From: Chiloscyllium plagiosum
Taxonomy: Eukaryota
Direction: 5' to 3'
DNA length: 64,000 nucleotides
NCBI RefSeq assembly: GCF_004010195.1
Contig: NC_057719.1
Span: forward strand, 81,134,682 to 81,198,681
The notes below the pieces were generated by a model, which saw only the letters and a program-made list of their open reading frames with translations, was not told the DNA's origin and made no database searches. The first letter of the stretch is position 1, and each line of letters begins with the position of its first letter. A program made the translations under genes and the position numbers. This document shows, one piece after another, positions 13,843 to 29,289 of the stretch.

Positions 13843-16104
13843 CGTGGCAAAATACTTTCCAAGAATTCAGGACATCCCAAAGTACATTTCAGTAACTAAG
13901 TTGTTTTGAAATGCAGTCACTGTTCCAATTTAGGAAATGTTACAGGTACATTCTAAGGAGGAAGTTAAAGGGGGAAAAGAAAGGCACAAGAATTCTGAAT
14001 TTTAGGGTCTAGTCAGCTAGAGTTTCAATATAGATCCAAATCAGGATGGTGGGCAATCTGAAGGGAAAATTGCAGATGTTGTTTACAATCAGACCAACAA
14101 CAATCTTGTTATACAGCAATTACTGAGAAACAAATATGACAACTGACAAGAATTTTCAGAAATCATATTGCGAGCACTGTGGAAACCTGATAGTCAGGTT
14201 GTTCAGAAGGTAACATAGTCTCATTATAAAATACCAGCTATTGTGAGCATTGAAAATACCGATTACAGGGACTTAAGGCCTTCAAAGAAATGTGCAGCAG
14301 ATATTGAATTTATAACAGAAGAGTACAAAATATATGTAATATGTCTAAAAAGGCAATAACTGAACAAACAGTGCACCACTTACATACTCATTTACTCATT
14401 ACTACTTCCTGAACAGAGTCTCAAAGGCAAGTCTACATTGTGTAATAAAGATTAATGTTTCAGTCACTTTTAATATCAAGGTCATTAACAGTGTTAGAAT
14501 AGGGATTAATCTATTTTATCAATAGCAAGTAAAGAAAGAAAGCCAGGAGACTGACCATTCATCAAAGTTATGTTAATCAATTCAGACACTAGCTTCAGAC
14601 ACAAACTATTAGCAAAACTTTATTAAAACAATAAAAGCTTTCACTCAAAGAATAACCCAATCGAACAAAGAGCTAGAAGCAAAGATGTTATTTAAGTGCC
14701 ATGTTGAGTGTCACAAATGGATTAAAAATCAATGAACATATACTTAGGATTATTTGAAAAACAACATACAAAACAGCCCAACAAATGTGGCTGCTTCTAG
14801 AAATCTCCAGCATTTATCATGACAAAAGCCAGCTTATCATCTCTCTGGAACATCAGCTCTATATTTTATATATCATTCCAGTCAAGCCATTCAAAGGAAT
14901 ACTACACAAGATGGCCATCGCCAGTTCTAAACAAAGGAAACCATTGAAACACAATATACAGATGATTTTATTGTCAGTTTTTATATTCCTGGTTAGTTTG
15001 CTCTCAGTTTATTTTCTCTACCTTTATTATCATTTTAATCCTCTTTTGCTGAATTCTGAATTTATCCCAGTCTTCAGGGTTACAACTGACTTTGACCTCC
15101 TTATATGCCTTTTTCTTTTAAGTTAATACTCTCCTTAATTTCTTTGGTTTATTCCTCTCATAAACCTTTCCTCCTTACTGGGACGTATTTTTGCTGAGAG
15201 TCATGAATTACCTCCTAAAAGTCTACCACTGCTTGCTTACTGCTAATCTATCTGCCTAGTTCACTTTAGCTAACTCTACTGTCATTTCATTGTAATTTCT
15301 TTTATTTAAGTTAAACACAGTTGTTTCCAATGCGAGTTTCTCATTCTCAAACTGAATATTAAATTCTATCATGTTATGATCACTACTTCCTAGGAGGCCA
15401 TCTTTTCGTGGAGGCCATTTATTTAGACTAGAGAAGTACTAGAATTAATAGATCTGGTCAGCATGGACAAGTTGGACCAAAGGATCTGTTCCCATGCTGT
15501 ACATCTCTATGACTCTATACTCGTGTGATCTTTTTCCTCTTCTCTGTAAAACAACCAAGCTGTCAAGGGTTGCTGTCAGCAGAATTCACAGCAGAATATG
15601 TGACGCCATTCATTCCTCCATTTTACTTTAAAGTGACAGTGGCAAAACTATCAACCATATATATCTTCATATTTGTAACATACCTTCTTTCAATTTAAAT
15701 ATTTAATCAAGGTTTTCTCAATTGGAGGTTTTACATTTTGACAGCATCTGATCTTTCCACTCTACTTTCTGTTGCAACATGCTTGCAAATTGGCCGTGGA
15801 ATTGGCCTATATTGCGGTTACTGCACTTCAAAAGTAATTTATTAGTTGTAAAATGCATGGGGTTATCCTGAGGATTCAAAAGACATTGCATAAATACAAA
15901 GTAATTCATTCTTACTTATCCCCAAATTTCATATTGTGAAATCAGCTTCAGCAATTGTGTTATGGTATTCAACTTTAAAATCACTGATTAAAGCAAGAAA
16001 ACTAACAAAACTCACTCATTAGATTTGTGACAACATGGTAACTCAATACAGCCTTGACACAAAGTGACTCAGTGGCTTCCAGTGCATTACAACATATTAT
16101 TTAC

Positions 16105-16215
16105 CTATTGAAGGAGCCTCTGTTTTGGTGAAAAAATCTTGCCATGCTGCATCCTGGAAAAAATTGTTGTACCTGTAATCTATGGAGCTGAGGTATTTGG
16201 CCACTGGGTGAGAAC
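16105..16215 (-). CDS. PACS2: PACS2 exon, (G)[36 protein letters not shown]
   Basis: Acceptor ttttctctctag, donor gtaaat; 111 nt, phase 1/1. Confidence 0.97.
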
Positions 16216-17941
16216 CTAGAGAGAAAAACATGGATGTTTTAATATATCCAGCCAGATTAAAAGCACTGCTTTAATTACAACCACGATATCTGTAACTTGC
16301 TGCTTCTTTACTTTCCCACGTTCATTTTTAATGGAGATAGACAATGGGAATAAAGATTTGCTCTAAGCTTTAAAATTTGATCTTAAAATCCTAGAACAAA
16401 AAAAAAACAATCCATTTAGTCCCGTGTCCTGCTATTTCTCCAAAGCCCTGCAAGTCTTTTAATTTTTCTGTTCTCACTTTATTTCAGTGTACGGTGAACA
16501 ATAAAATAGTGAACAGCTGCCTGAAGTTGCAAACAGGTTAAAACAGCTGTCAAGATTGTGGGAGATCTCAGCAACTGCATGTCAAGGTTGCTGGAGAGAC
16601 TGCAGGAGGGACCAGCAACTGCATGGACGTTTGGAAGAAAAAAGTTGCTCTGTTTGCACATACCCTCACAGCTGTACTGTAGAAGCTTTCCAGTATTTAC
16701 TCCACTCTAAGCTGTATTCTACTTGCTGCCCTCTACAGTATATTAGATCTTGCAGATCTATTATCGATAGTGCCTTGTGCATCTCTAACTATTATAAAAG
16801 CGCCCCTGCATATATTCCACTCCCAGTTCTATTTTTAAATGATAATACAGCTCCTAGCTTTTATCATTCAATTCAACAAACTCTGATTGGGTCCAAAAGA
16901 ATTTGTAGCTTTTTTTAAACACAAAATCTGGCTGATGTTCAAGTTTCTTGGTTATTTTTCAAAGCATCGCCACAAGGATTCAAGTGCCATTCTAGAAGTC
17001 CACCCTATGACCAAACAGATGGCTAACACTGAGTCATAAGGTAAAATTTCAAATCATATTGCGACAGCAAAGCAATGAACATCCGCACAGAACATGACTA
17101 AATTAATACCTTAAAACCACTGACAATCAACTGTTATTCATTCTAACATAGTTCATCTGAGATTTTGTTTCTTATAAAAAAAAGTTATAATTTCTTTTCC
17201 TTTCCCTCCCTTCCTTGAATTTTGTGGAATTTCAGAACTGAAATTCATAGATTTTTGATGGGCAAGCCCATTAAGGGATATGCAACCAAGGCAGGTAAAT
17301 GGAGTTACTGGATACAGATGATCCACAATCTGACTAAATGATACTGCAGATGAGGAACAGAAAGGCCTGTTTGAAAGGCCACTGAAAGATGCCGCTGCTG
17401 GCAAATGAAATACATTCACATCTTTTTGTCCAATAGTAATACCATACATTTCAAAGGTAAACAGGAATTGGATGCTTTCTCTCCAGCGCACTCAGTTTGA
17501 TATAGTGTAATGACATCAATAACGATTGCTAACATTTTCTACATGCTTCTATTTGTGACATTTTGTGTTTCTGTTTGATTATTAATAGCTAAGAGCAAGA
17601 GACAATGACTGGCAGAGGACTGACAGATGACCTGCTGGCCCATGATGCACAATGAATGGTTACCAAGAGGTTCTACAATCACTGCAAGATGAACCTCCCA
17701 ACCATTTACTTTCATATTCCAAAAACAGCATGAAACTCGTGCCCGATGGAATCAGGAATGAAACTATCCAGATCAGAAACTGCCTGATGGTCTACACATC
17801 CTACTTTCATTCTCAAATACCACCTTCCCAAACCAAACAATCCTATCAAAATCCTTCCTGATTAAAATCAATGTTCAAACAATGCAGATTTGCCTGGAGT
17901 GAGACAATACAAGTATCTTAAAATAGTTGAGGTGAACATAC

Positions 17942-18096
17942 CAAGAGGAATAATGAGAAATCTCATGTATCCAAGCCAGTCAGGAGTCTTGTGTGATAGC
18001 TGCTCCACAAAAAGCCTCAGGATAGCACTTAGGTAATGCTGGGCCCCAGCCACCGTCACTTTAATGGGATTTGGTGTTTGGGAGTTACAGTTGCAG
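17942..18096 (-). CDS. PACS2: PACS2 exon, [51 protein letters not shown](G)
   Basis: Acceptor ttgttttcag, donor gtatgt; 155 nt, phase 2/1; overlaps ORF 17868..18059. Confidence 0.97.
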
Positions 18097-18629
18097 CTGA
18101 AAACAAGTAGAAAAATTACACATTATTCAATGTGCATTTGCCAAAAGAGATTCAATGGCTTCAACAATAACTTGCACCTTTAACGCAGTAAAATGACAGG
18201 TTTGAAGGAGCATTTTAAAGAAGGATAAAGAGAGAACTTCAGGAAGGGAAATTCAAACATCCAGCAGTTGAAGGCACAGCTGCCAAAATTATATTTGTTG
18301 AACAGACCAGATATTTGAGTTATAGAGGCTACAGGTTAGAAAGAGACAGGTAATGGGGAGGTCGAGTAAGGATTTGAAAACAGGATGAGAATTTTTAAAT
18401 GCTAGGTTGGGAATCAGTGTGGGCCAGCAAACACAGGTATTCTGGAATACTGGGTAAATGGAAATTGCCTGAGTTAAGACAACAATAGCAGAATTTTGGA
18501 TCACCTCAGTTTATAGAGTTGAAAGAGATTAAAAGTCAGTAGAAGTTTGCTGAAATAGAGTTAACAAATAAACGGATGAGTGACTCAGCAGAAGGCAGTA
18601 CAGATAAACCCAGTTACTACAGCTCAGTT

Positions 18630-19830
18630 AATTTAACCACAATGCTAAGAAAAATGTTAGAATTGCTAATCCAGGATGAAATTAACAATTACTTGCAGAA
18701 GTACTTCATTAAGGAAAGCCATAATCAATTTGCTAAGGTAAATCACATTTAATTAACATGATTTAGTTTTCTGATGAGATTGTTGATGGGGATATAGTGA
18801 AAATGTCACAATCGACTTGGCAGCAATATTGAATCCCCTGAAAAACGGTGAAAATGGAAGGATTTGGCTGAGTTACAGGAAACAGACATTAGTGCAGAGT
18901 GATTTTTCAGACTTGGAGGTTGTACAGCAAGGTACCCAAAGGCTCGGCACAAGGACCACAGCTTTTCCAGTTATATATTGACTCATGCATGGATGCTAAG
19001 AGCACAAATTCAAAATATGCAAATGATAAAGCTGGGAATTATCGCAAACTATGAAGCAGACAGTAATAGGCTGGAAGATAGGATAGAAAGGCTAGGGAAT
19101 GAGCCTATCCATGGTACACTGAATGTAACGTGGAGAAGTGAGACATTTTTATTGGAAGACCAAGAAAAGGCAATAAACTAAAAAGGTACGAATATAAAGG
19201 AGGCAGGGCAACAGGATGCAGAAATCTTATACGGTGACAGAGCAGGTTGAGGAAGTGGTTAAAGTGGCTTACAGAATACTGGGCTTTACAAATTAACAAA
19301 AAAAACCCAAAAAAGTTATAATGAAGCTTTACAAAGCATTTGTTTGGCATCAACTGGATGTGTCTGTCCTACACTGGGCACCACACCTTAAAGATGTGCA
19401 GGCTGTAGACAGAGTGCACAAACTATTTGTAAAAATGATTCCAAGGATGGGGAGACTAAATTTACTTGGATAGATTGGACAAGATGAAATTGTTTTCCTT
19501 CACAAAGATTGCAAGGAGATATCACAGAAGTATTCGAAATGATGATATTTCTGGACAGAGCAAACAGACAGTGTCTTTTCTCATAAAGACAAGGCTCAAC
19601 AACTGAAAGGAACAGATAGGCAAACAGCAACATGAGGAAAAACTTTATGCAGTGAGTTGTTAGGATTTGGAGCACACAGGCTGTCATGGTTTTCCAAAAG
19701 GAATTGAATAAGATCCTGAGAAAAACTAATAGCTGGTCTACAAGCTAAGGACAGAGTTCAATTGCTCTTACAGAGTCAGCAAGGACTCAATGAGCTGAAT
19801 GATTAGTGTAGAAGCTGACCAATGATTCAA
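18630..19830 (+). mobile_element. Old, highly decayed CR1 LINE
   Basis: Degenerate RT and 3' region similar to other CR1 copies in the window. Confidence 0.7.
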
Positions 19831-20299
19831 GAAGCTGCAGCTGAGATGCTCAGGTGACATAACTGAATGGTAACATTCAAGTCTTCATGACTGTGTGGGT
19901 GTATAATAAATGTTCATTTCATCCCTCTCCGTGCTCTCTTCATGCCAGGCAATATCCCTGGCTGCAATGGCAGATGTGCTACATACTTTCAGTCAAAGTT
20001 TTTTACGACAGCATCTTTTATCAAATTCCCCCATTTTCCACTTGGCGAAATTGGGTGGGTCTGAGGGATAGGGTGACAACATGACAAACAAGTCACTTGT
20101 CACTCATGGTTACAGTCTTATTCTGCAAGGTGAGTGACGACAGCACTTTTTAATTATTATTGGGAGTCCTCTCATGAATCATCAGGTAGGTGATTAAGAT
20201 AACTGAGTCTTTAATTCCAGTGTGAACAATGAAATGATTGTTTCTAATGGTGATAGTTAAGTGACTTTGCAATTTTAAGTTGAGAGAGAAAAAAATGGA

Positions 20300-21690
20300 A
20301 GAACGAACAGTACTGCACAGGAACAGGCCCTTCGGTCCACCAAGACCATGCCAACACATGATGCCTTCCTAAACTGAAAACATTTTGCCTCTACCAGGTA
20401 TCTGTTAAGTGGCCTCTTAAATGTTTTTATTGTATCTGCCTCCACCACTTCCTCTACTTTTCATCACCCTGTGTCTCTCCTGTTTAAACTTACCCCCCTC
20501 TTACCTTACACCTATGTCCCTACTAATTGGCATTATTCTGAGAAAAAGACTGACTATCCATTCCTCTCAATTTTGTACATTTCTATCAGGTTGTCCTTTA
20601 TCCTTCGATGTTCAAGTAAAGACAAACCAAGTTTGTACAATCTCTCCTCACAGTTAATACCAGGCAACCAAACCAAACCAGGCAACATCATGGTAAACCG
20701 TTTCTGTACCCTTTCCAAAGTCTCCATATCCTTCTTGTGTCACGGCCAGAACTGTATACAACATTACAATCATGGCCTAACTAAACTTCGATACAGCTGC
20801 AATATGACTTCACAATTTTTTATTCTATGGCTCAACAAATGAAGGCAAACAGTTTATATGCCTTCTTGAACACCTTATCCACTTGTGTTGCCACTTTCAG
20901 GGACCTGTACACCTAGATTCCTCTCTATATTGATGCTACAAATGGTTCTGCTATTTACTACATACTTCCCTCATGATTAGACCTTGCAAAATGCATCACC
21001 TCACAGTTATCTGGATTAAATTCCTTCTGCCATTTCTCTGGCCGAGTCTCTAGCTGTATCGATATCCTGCTGTATCCTCTGGCAATATTGTCACTATTCC
21101 CAGCTCCCCCAATCTTTGAGTCATCCACAAGTTTACAAATCAGGCCACCTACATTCTCCTCCAAATTTTGTATATATTTTACAAACAGCACAGGTCCCAG
21201 CACTGATCCCTGAAGAACATGACTAGTCACAGATCACCAGTTCGAAAAATACCCTTCTACCGCTACTCTCTTTCTGTTTATGACTAAGCCAGTTCTGTAT
21301 CCATCTTATCAGCTCACCGCAGATCCATGTGACTTCACCTTTTGTATCAGCCTGCCATTAGGCACCTTGTCAAAGGCCTTGCTCAAGTCCATATAAATAA
21401 TATCTACTGCCTTGCCCTCAATCATCTTTGGCACTTACTCAAGTTTGAGAGACATGACCTTTCGTGTACAAAGTCATGCTGCCTATTGCTAATAAATCTA
21501 TATTTTTTTCAAATGTGAGTAAATCCTATCCCTATGAATCATCTCCAATAATTTCCTTACTACTGACTTAAGGCTCACTGGGCTGTAATTACCTGGATTG
21601 TCCCTGTTGTCCTTCTTAAACAAAAGGAGCAATGTTAGCTATCCTCCAGTCCTCTGGGACCTGGCCTGTGACTAAAGGGGATACAAAAAT
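20300..21690 (-). mobile_element. CR1 LINE 3' fragment
   Basis: ORF 20958..21230 (QGSVLGPVLF...KLVDDSKIGG...WQKEFNPDNCEVMHF). Confidence 0.9.
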
Positions 21691-24139
21691 TTTGTACAAC
21701 ATTTTCAGAAGTCTGAAAGCTTCCAAATAAATACATTGCTGCACATCAATTCATGGTGCTTTACAGGCTCTTTCAGAATAGCACCAAATATATTATAAAG
21801 CAGGTTGTCTTGTGGTACTTTGGATAGCATCCCTGCATTTGAACCTGAAACTCTAGGTTTGAGTTGCACCCGAGAACTTGATATTCAAGGATGCTGCCTT
21901 ACTAGCAAGGACAAAACACATTGAACGAATTTGCAAGTAGGCAATCAATGTGACAATGGCAGATACGAAGAGTGGGGGAAACTGCTAGTCGAGCATGTGA
22001 TAGAAAGTAGGCGTATCTATCATCGTCACTTGAAAATCTCCAGATTACAACATTAAAAGTGTTTGTTGACCAATGTGAGGATTACTGAGTCACTCTGTCC
22101 TCTGTGATCGACAGTGTGATCTGCATACAACCATCATATTATCGAACGATGCTTCAGGAGATATCTCCACATTGGATAGCGTTAGGTAGTCATTCTTTTT
22201 AATAAAATTTGTGGGCCATTTGAAAGTTGCCCTCGATTCTGAATTTTGAGACACCTGCAACTTCACTGATCAAAGACCCTAATTAGTGATTCACAAGCCC
22301 TGATGATACCATCAAAGCAGGGATTCAATGAGCTTCCACCCAATGAAATAAAAGCAATCCAATCACATGGTGGAACTATCCTTATAAGCACAATGACAGA
22401 ACTCTTAAAACGTGAAGCTTACACTTTTCAATAGCGCTGCCTTGCAGTTGCTTATATTCTCCATGCAGAAAATACTGGCTTGATTCCACAAATGCCCAGA
22501 GTTGTGCCCTTGAAATTAGGAGAACATAATATGGATGACTGCAGTATTTCTGGAAGAGCCCTTAACATGTTGCTACTTAGGTTGATGGTCCTCAAGTTAG
22601 TCAGCATCACTGGCTGCCACTATAATATAGAAAGTAGCATGACACAAGCCCTCAAATGTACCATTTTATGTAATATCTTATTACTATAAATATTACCAGG
22701 CTCTAAGTTCAGGTAGTGGAAAAACTGATTATATCATGCAAGAATGATAGAATGACTCCGCACAGAAGGATGTCATTTAAGCTCAACTTGCTGGCAATCG
22801 CTCTTTGAAAGAGTTATAGTATTAATCTGAGCTTTCTGATCATTCATCATAGCCCTGTTAACGTTCCTCAAGAATTGATCCAATTTAGTTTTGAAATTCA
22901 TTACTGAATTTGCTTACAACCACCTTTTCACTATTGTATGTGACCACAAATTTTTCTCTTTGGACTGCAAGCTGAAATGGAAGTTGGACCACTATATAGC
23001 TGAAACACAAGGAGAGCTTTGCAACTTGGAAAAATCACAAGATGCACATTTTTAGTTTCTTTTTACTTTGAGGCAGAGTTGACCCAAGAGTCTTTTTAGT
23101 TAAGGAAAGATCATCTGACAGCAGCCCATGGCTGAGCTGCAGTTTGGAAGGCAGTCAGAAACACAGGCAGAGGATGTGAACTGAAAACATCAATTTCCCC
23201 CTTTCTATTGATTTCTCTGTAGGTAAAGAGACATAAAACCCAAGAAAACATTCTAAAAAGAAAAGACCTAGGCCCAATGGATTGACTATCAAAGCAAAGA
23301 ATGACCATTGCTTTACAAAGAAAGTATGGCATCAATTCGAAAATCAGAGAACTTGAGAGAGAAAATTTAATGTACCTTTGTGACCTGGACTTTTGATCTT
23401 CAAAACCTTTCTTAAGAGATCATCCCTCTCTCCTTGTAGAGAAGTAGTTGGATTGACCAGGCTAAATTGCCCATAATATTCAGGGATGTGTAGGCTAGGT
23501 TAATTAACTATGGCAAACATAGGGGTAAGAGATGGGATGCTCGGAAGATGGGACTCAATGGGCTGAATGGCCTGCTTCCACATTGTATGGATTCCATGAT
23601 TCTAAGTAACAAACTTGATGGCCACCGTACCTTTAAAATAAAGGATACCCAATCTGTAACAGATTGCAACATTTCCCTACGAGAGTTAGGAATTGTTAAT
23701 TCATATTCTCGTTGCCTGTGGTTAGAATTAATTCACTTGTAATAAATAATAGTTTTTTGTTCTCCACAGAAACTTGCCCAGTGCTTTCTGTTAGCCTATG
23801 TTCATCAGACAAGAAAATTAGGGACTTGAGTCATTTGATTAAATCTTCAAATTTAGTCATGACCCTGGGAATAGTGGGGCTCGACTTTCTGTGCAATCGC
23901 TCAAGTGAGTTGTGACAGAACCGACATCCAAATTGTTGATATATATCACCAACAGTTTGAGTCCAAACAACGTACCTCACAGTACAACATTTTTCCAAAG
24001 AACAATGATCTATTCTTCTTGTTGATTAACCCTTGGTCCATGCCAGCACATTACTTCCCTTCCAACATGCTCCAATTTTGTGAAATACCCTCCTGTGGGG
24101 ATCATCATCAAACTAAACAACACCCACTAACCTCTTAGT

Positions 24140-24820
24140 CATTGTTATACAACACTGAAACTGACCCTTCTGTCCAACTTATCCATGTTGATCAGATAGC
24201 CTAAATTAATTTAGTCCCACTTGCCAGCATTTGGTCCATATCCCTCTAAACCTTTTCTGTTCATGTACCCATCCAAATACCTTTTAATTTTTTTTGATTC
24301 ATTCATGGGATGAGGACATGACTGGCTAGGCCAGCATTTAAGAGTCTAGTTAAGAGTCAATCACATTGTTGCAGATCCGGAGTCACATGTAGGCCAGGCC
24401 AGGTAGGAATGGCAGTGCTTTCTGCAAAGGACATTAGTGAACTACAAAGGTTTTTCCATCAACAATGGATTCATGGTCATCATTACACTCAATTTTTTTT
24501 TTAATTGAACTCAAATTCCATCAGCAATGGCAGGATTCGAATCCCAGTCCCCAGAACTGGATTACTTGGATCTCTGGATTAATAACACTAGGTCATTGAC
24601 TGCCCATTTTATGTCGTAATTCTACCCTCCTCCACCACCTCCTCATTCTATACATGCACTACCTTCTGCGTGAAAAAGCTGCCCCTCAGGTCCCTTTTAA
24701 ATCTTGCCCCTCTCACCTTAAACATACATCTTCTCGTTTGGACTCTCCTACCCTGAGGAAAAGACCTTGACTATTCACCCTCCGTGCCCCTCATGACTTT
24801 ATAAACGTCTAGAAGGTCTT
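24140..24820 (-). mobile_element. CR1 3' end interrupted by a tRNA-derived SINE (~24295-24605, minus)
   Basis: CR1 tail on both sides; the SINE is similar to ~41725-41945, ~43200-43320 and ~63870-64000. Confidence 0.75.
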
Positions 24821-25249
24821 TTTTTTAAATCAATTTTGTTAGTAAGGTGCTCAAAAAATTACAAAAGGTTCAACAAATATGAATTCCCCGTCACAAATGC
24901 ACGGGAGTTATACCGAACCACAACATTATCATCCAAGTGAAGCATTTGTCACGTTTATCATCAGTCCAGGAATCCTTTATCTGAAAGCCTTGAGGCCAAT
25001 TGTTTCTCAGATAAAGGATACTTTTATTTTTCAGAAACATTTACATTATGGATCTGCTCAGGCCTTTGAAAAACAAACAACTTTGCTTGGCTGGAATGGA
25101 CATGAACAGACTGAGAACGCAAGTTCTTCCCCCCTCCCAACCAAAAGTGCCCAATCCCAGAATGCCTATGGGTACACATGTTGAGTTCAGGCCCAATTTT
25201 AAAAAGTCCTTCAGCTTTTAGGTCTTTTCAATTTTCCTACATGCAAATA

Positions 25250-26920
25250 ACAGATACCCAACCTATAAAGGATTGCAGCATTACTCTACTACTGATATAA
25301 GGCTAATAGATCCATAGTTGCTCGTATTCTCTCTCCCTCTCTTACTAAACAGTAGGGTGATATTGGCTCTTTGCCAATCTGCAGGAAGCATTACAGAATT
25401 TTGGAAGATAATCATCACTGAAAGATCATCAATGCATCCACCATTTCCACAGGTATTTTTAAAAATATTCTGGAAGGTAGAATATCAGGTCACAGTGACT
25501 TATCAGTCTTCAGTCTCATTCATTACCTCAACATTTTTTTACATTCTAAATTCCATTCAATTTCTCATTCACTCTTGTCCCTTGCATCTTCTAGGAGGCT
25601 TCTTGTATCTTCCTCAGCGAAGATAACTACAAAGTAATCATTGACATTTCTCTATTCCCCTATTCCTCCTGATTCTCCCTGTAATGGACCCACATTTTCC
25701 TTGGCCAAAATGTTTCCTTTTTACATATCTAGAGAGGCTTTTATTAGTCTGATTTTGTGTTTTGCTCATTTGCGTTCATACTTTATTCTACCTTTATCAT
25801 TTTCTTAGTCCTTCTTCACTGTCAATCCTCAGGTTTACATTATTTCTGGCGATTTAAAAAGCCTTTTATTTTAATTGTAAACAATCCTCAACTTCACCTT
25901 TTAGCCACAATTCTGAATGTTTTGCGCTTTTTTTGTACCTTGAAGGAATATAGAGTTGCTGTAAACTTTATTTAAAGACTATTGATTATCTATGTACTGC
26001 CATACCTTCTACTGTATTTTTCAAATTCACCTTAGTCAATTTGCCTGTCATGTCTTCCTAATTTCCTCAATTCAGATTTAACATGCAGGCTTCAGATTGA
26101 ACGGCTTTATTTTCAAATATGATGTAAAATTCTACCATATCGCTCATCCCTATTTTACAGAATTATTAATTATCCCTTTTTTGTTACATAATAACACACA
26201 TAAGATAGCCATTTGTCGGTTAGTTCATCAACATTAATACTTAAGAAAACCATCCCTAACATTCCAGAAGCTCATCCTCTGCAGCATTTGTGCTCATTGG
26301 GTTTACCCAGGCTGCATGTAGGATGAAGTCATTCATGATTATTGCATCATCCACATTACGCGCTTCTCTAATCTCCTGATTTACATCATGCTCTACACTA
26401 CCTCACTGTTTTATAGCATCTAAAAAATTCTGCCTGTGTCTACTCTCCTTGCTGTTTCATAACTCCACTCCAACAGATCCCACATTTTGTTTTTCCAATG
26501 TGAGATCCTCCTTTGCTAATGTATTGATCTGCATCCCCTCTTATTAGCGCAACATCACTGCCTTTTCATTTGCTTGTTCTTCCTAAGCATCAAAGATCCT
26601 TGAATATTGAATTTCCTGTATTGGTCACCTGCAGATGTGTTTCCCTAATGGCAATTAGATCATCCTCATTTCCCTCTTTTATGACGTTAAAATCATTTAA
26701 CTTGTGGTGAATGCTGCTTGCATTCAGATAAAGTGCTCTTAACGTTGTCTTTTTGACATTATTGCACATCTGGTTGCTGCTTGCCTTTATTTTGTCTGAC
26801 TTCTAACTCACTACATTTCTACATCCTGCTACCTGTGCTTCTTCCTAGTTTTGAGCTGTCACCCAGTTTGTCATTTCCCTGCCAAGCTGGTCTAAACTTT
26901 CCCCAATAGCAAGGATAGAT
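25250..26920 (-). mobile_element. Old CR1 LINE fragment (endonuclease/linker region)
   Basis: Degenerate similarity, by eye, to the CR1 ORF2 at 50720-52250. Confidence 0.6.
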
Positions 26921-27136
26921 GCAAACTTCAACTTAACCTCTTGAGTTGCAATGATACAGGAAGCAAACATAAAGAAAAATTAATTTAAAATGATAAGGAG
27001 AGACTCTACAGGTTCAGATGGATAAATTCAAAACTCTGTAATTGGACTTGCATTGACTAGTATTCTGTTTCTGTTTCCCTCAGGGACTAAGAACAACACA
27101 CACAAAAAGGCCATAGCAAAGAATGCTCCAACTCAC

Positions 27137-27243
27137 AAGCGTTGTATCCTGGAGACGATGGTTGTGAAGGCTGCTTGTACGTCTGCTGAAGAACACGTGC
27201 ACACAATAGGGAGATTGTGTTTCTGAAGTAACTCTGATACATA
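27137..27243 (-). CDS. PACS2: PACS2 exon, [35 protein letters not shown](F)
   Basis: Acceptor ctgccttacag, donor gtgagt; 107 nt, phase 0/2. Confidence 0.97.
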
Positions 27244-28448
27244 CTGTAAGGCAGTAAAGTATTATTAAACAAGTATCCTATTCACTGATCCAGTCTCAAA
27301 GTCACAGTCTCAAGTTTAATTAGCAAGTTCGACAATGACAAACTAAGATGGAGGCTTTGGAAATAGGCTTAACGAAAGCAAAACATGAAGAGGAGCAGAA
27401 AAACATCAGAATCATGCAACTAGAGCATCTTATGCACATTCTCTAGTGACAGAGAATTAGGAGCAACAAATTCTGCATTTTCATCTTAACTTTTTGGCCC
27501 AATTTTATCGTCTATCTCTAATTACCAAAGGTATTAAGAGTGGGACTGGGGTAACATGTTGGCCAAACCGGATGGAGATTCAAACCTAAAGTAAAACAAC
27601 AAACCTTTTGTCTAGTAACATCAGTGAACTATCAGTGATTCTACAGCAGCTTTCTTGATTATTCCATTCAGTGCCAGCTCATAAATAACCACATTTATCA
27701 AATTAAGAGAAAAACAAGCTGGGAAACTAATTCCTGACTATTATCAACTAATCCTTCACAGAAACGGCTAAGTGTGAATTTGACTCTCAGCTGAGACATG
27801 GTTTACAGTTAGATTCTCTGCTGGCACTTTGAATTGTAGTTTATAACTGAAGAGGGTCTTGCATTGGTTGTTAAAAAGCAATCTTTGAAGTGAAAAGGAA
27901 TCAATTGTTCAGGACTGAAAGTTGGAGGAAAGACTTACTATGTCACCATCATAAACCAGTGTGGAAGCAAGGAAGTAGAACTTCATATTTGTCTTGATGG
28001 GCTGGAATTGCTAATTTTAAATCAGATGTATCACTTAACAACTGAAAAGTAATGCAAGTAAGAACATGTTAACCTTTTTATTCCACATAAAGATAGAAAG
28101 ACTTGCATTTAGTGTCTTTGGTCTTCAGGATATCCTAAAATGGTTTATGAACAAGACACTTCTGGACTGTTGAGACAGTTCCAATGCAGGAAACCTGGCA
28201 GATCATTTGTGCCCAGCTTGCAACCAAAACGCAGCAGTGAAACAAATTAGCTTCAGGATAACTACTGGTCAAGGCATTGAGAGAATGCCTCTGCTTTTCT
28301 GCAAGGTGTGTTGTGGGACCTTTTATGTCAACATTAAAGGGAAAATGTCTCCTTCAAAAGAAGACGTACCTCTGACAGTGCAGCACTTTCTCAGTACTAT
28401 TCATTTTCGTAATGTAGGAAACATTTGTGGAAACAACTTGGTGCTTAC

Positions 28449-28553
28449 CTGACCCTGCCAGTCTGATGTATTGATAAGAATTATGTTTTCTGGTAACTGC
28501 TCATCTGAAATTAGGATATGATTCAGCTGGTCATAGACGGTTTTCCGAGGGAT
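28449..28553 (-). CDS. PACS2: PACS2 exon, [35 protein letters not shown]
   Basis: Acceptor ttattattacag, donor gtaagc; 105 nt, phase 0/0; start of the conserved PACS C-terminal region. Confidence 0.97.
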
Positions 28554-29289
28554 CTGTAATAATAAATAGAACGCAGACTAAATTGAATTAAATCAAGAAA
28601 AATAAGCTAATCATCCTCATTCTGGCACAGAACCCAACTTTGATGTTCCAAATCTCAAATTATTGAACATACCCAAAAAAACTCATGTTTTAGGTTTCAA
28701 CATTTCTTGAATACTGGAAGGACCATTCAGCTCTATAGTCTGTTCTGAGCATCAGTGGGACCATGGCTCATCTGTTATGATCATCATTCAATCACCTTGG
28801 CTCTTCAGCCCTTTGCACCCTCTCTTGACTAGTAAAACTCCATCACTCTGCATTGAGCTATCAGCTTCGACTTTTTGGGGGACAGACTTCCACACTACCC
28901 TTAACCTGCTTTCTAACATATTTCCTGAATGAATTACACTGATTTCTACACAATTGTGTCAAATTCCCATAAATGCTTAAAATTCCCAAAGTCTTAAAAA
29001 CTTCAAAGATCCCTGACGCATCTACATAATGGGGAATATGACAAAGGTCCGTAGACCATAAGAAGTAGGAACAGGAGTTTGGCCCTTTAAGCCTTCTCCA
29101 CCATTCAATAGGATCATGGCTGATCCAATATCCCTACATCCACTTCCCTGCACATTCCCCCAACCCTCAATTCCCTTACTGATCAAGAGTCTCCCCCTAA
29201 TATCTCATCATAGCTTAACCCTTGAAGACCTGACAACAATCTGTTGAACCTGCACAGCTTTCCTACCAAGGTCAATAAAAGCTTTTGGA

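Noticed and set aside
14785..15126. 113-aa ORF with a TM-like stretch
   Set aside because: T-rich intronic or decayed repeat sequence, antisense to PACS2, with no homology recognised
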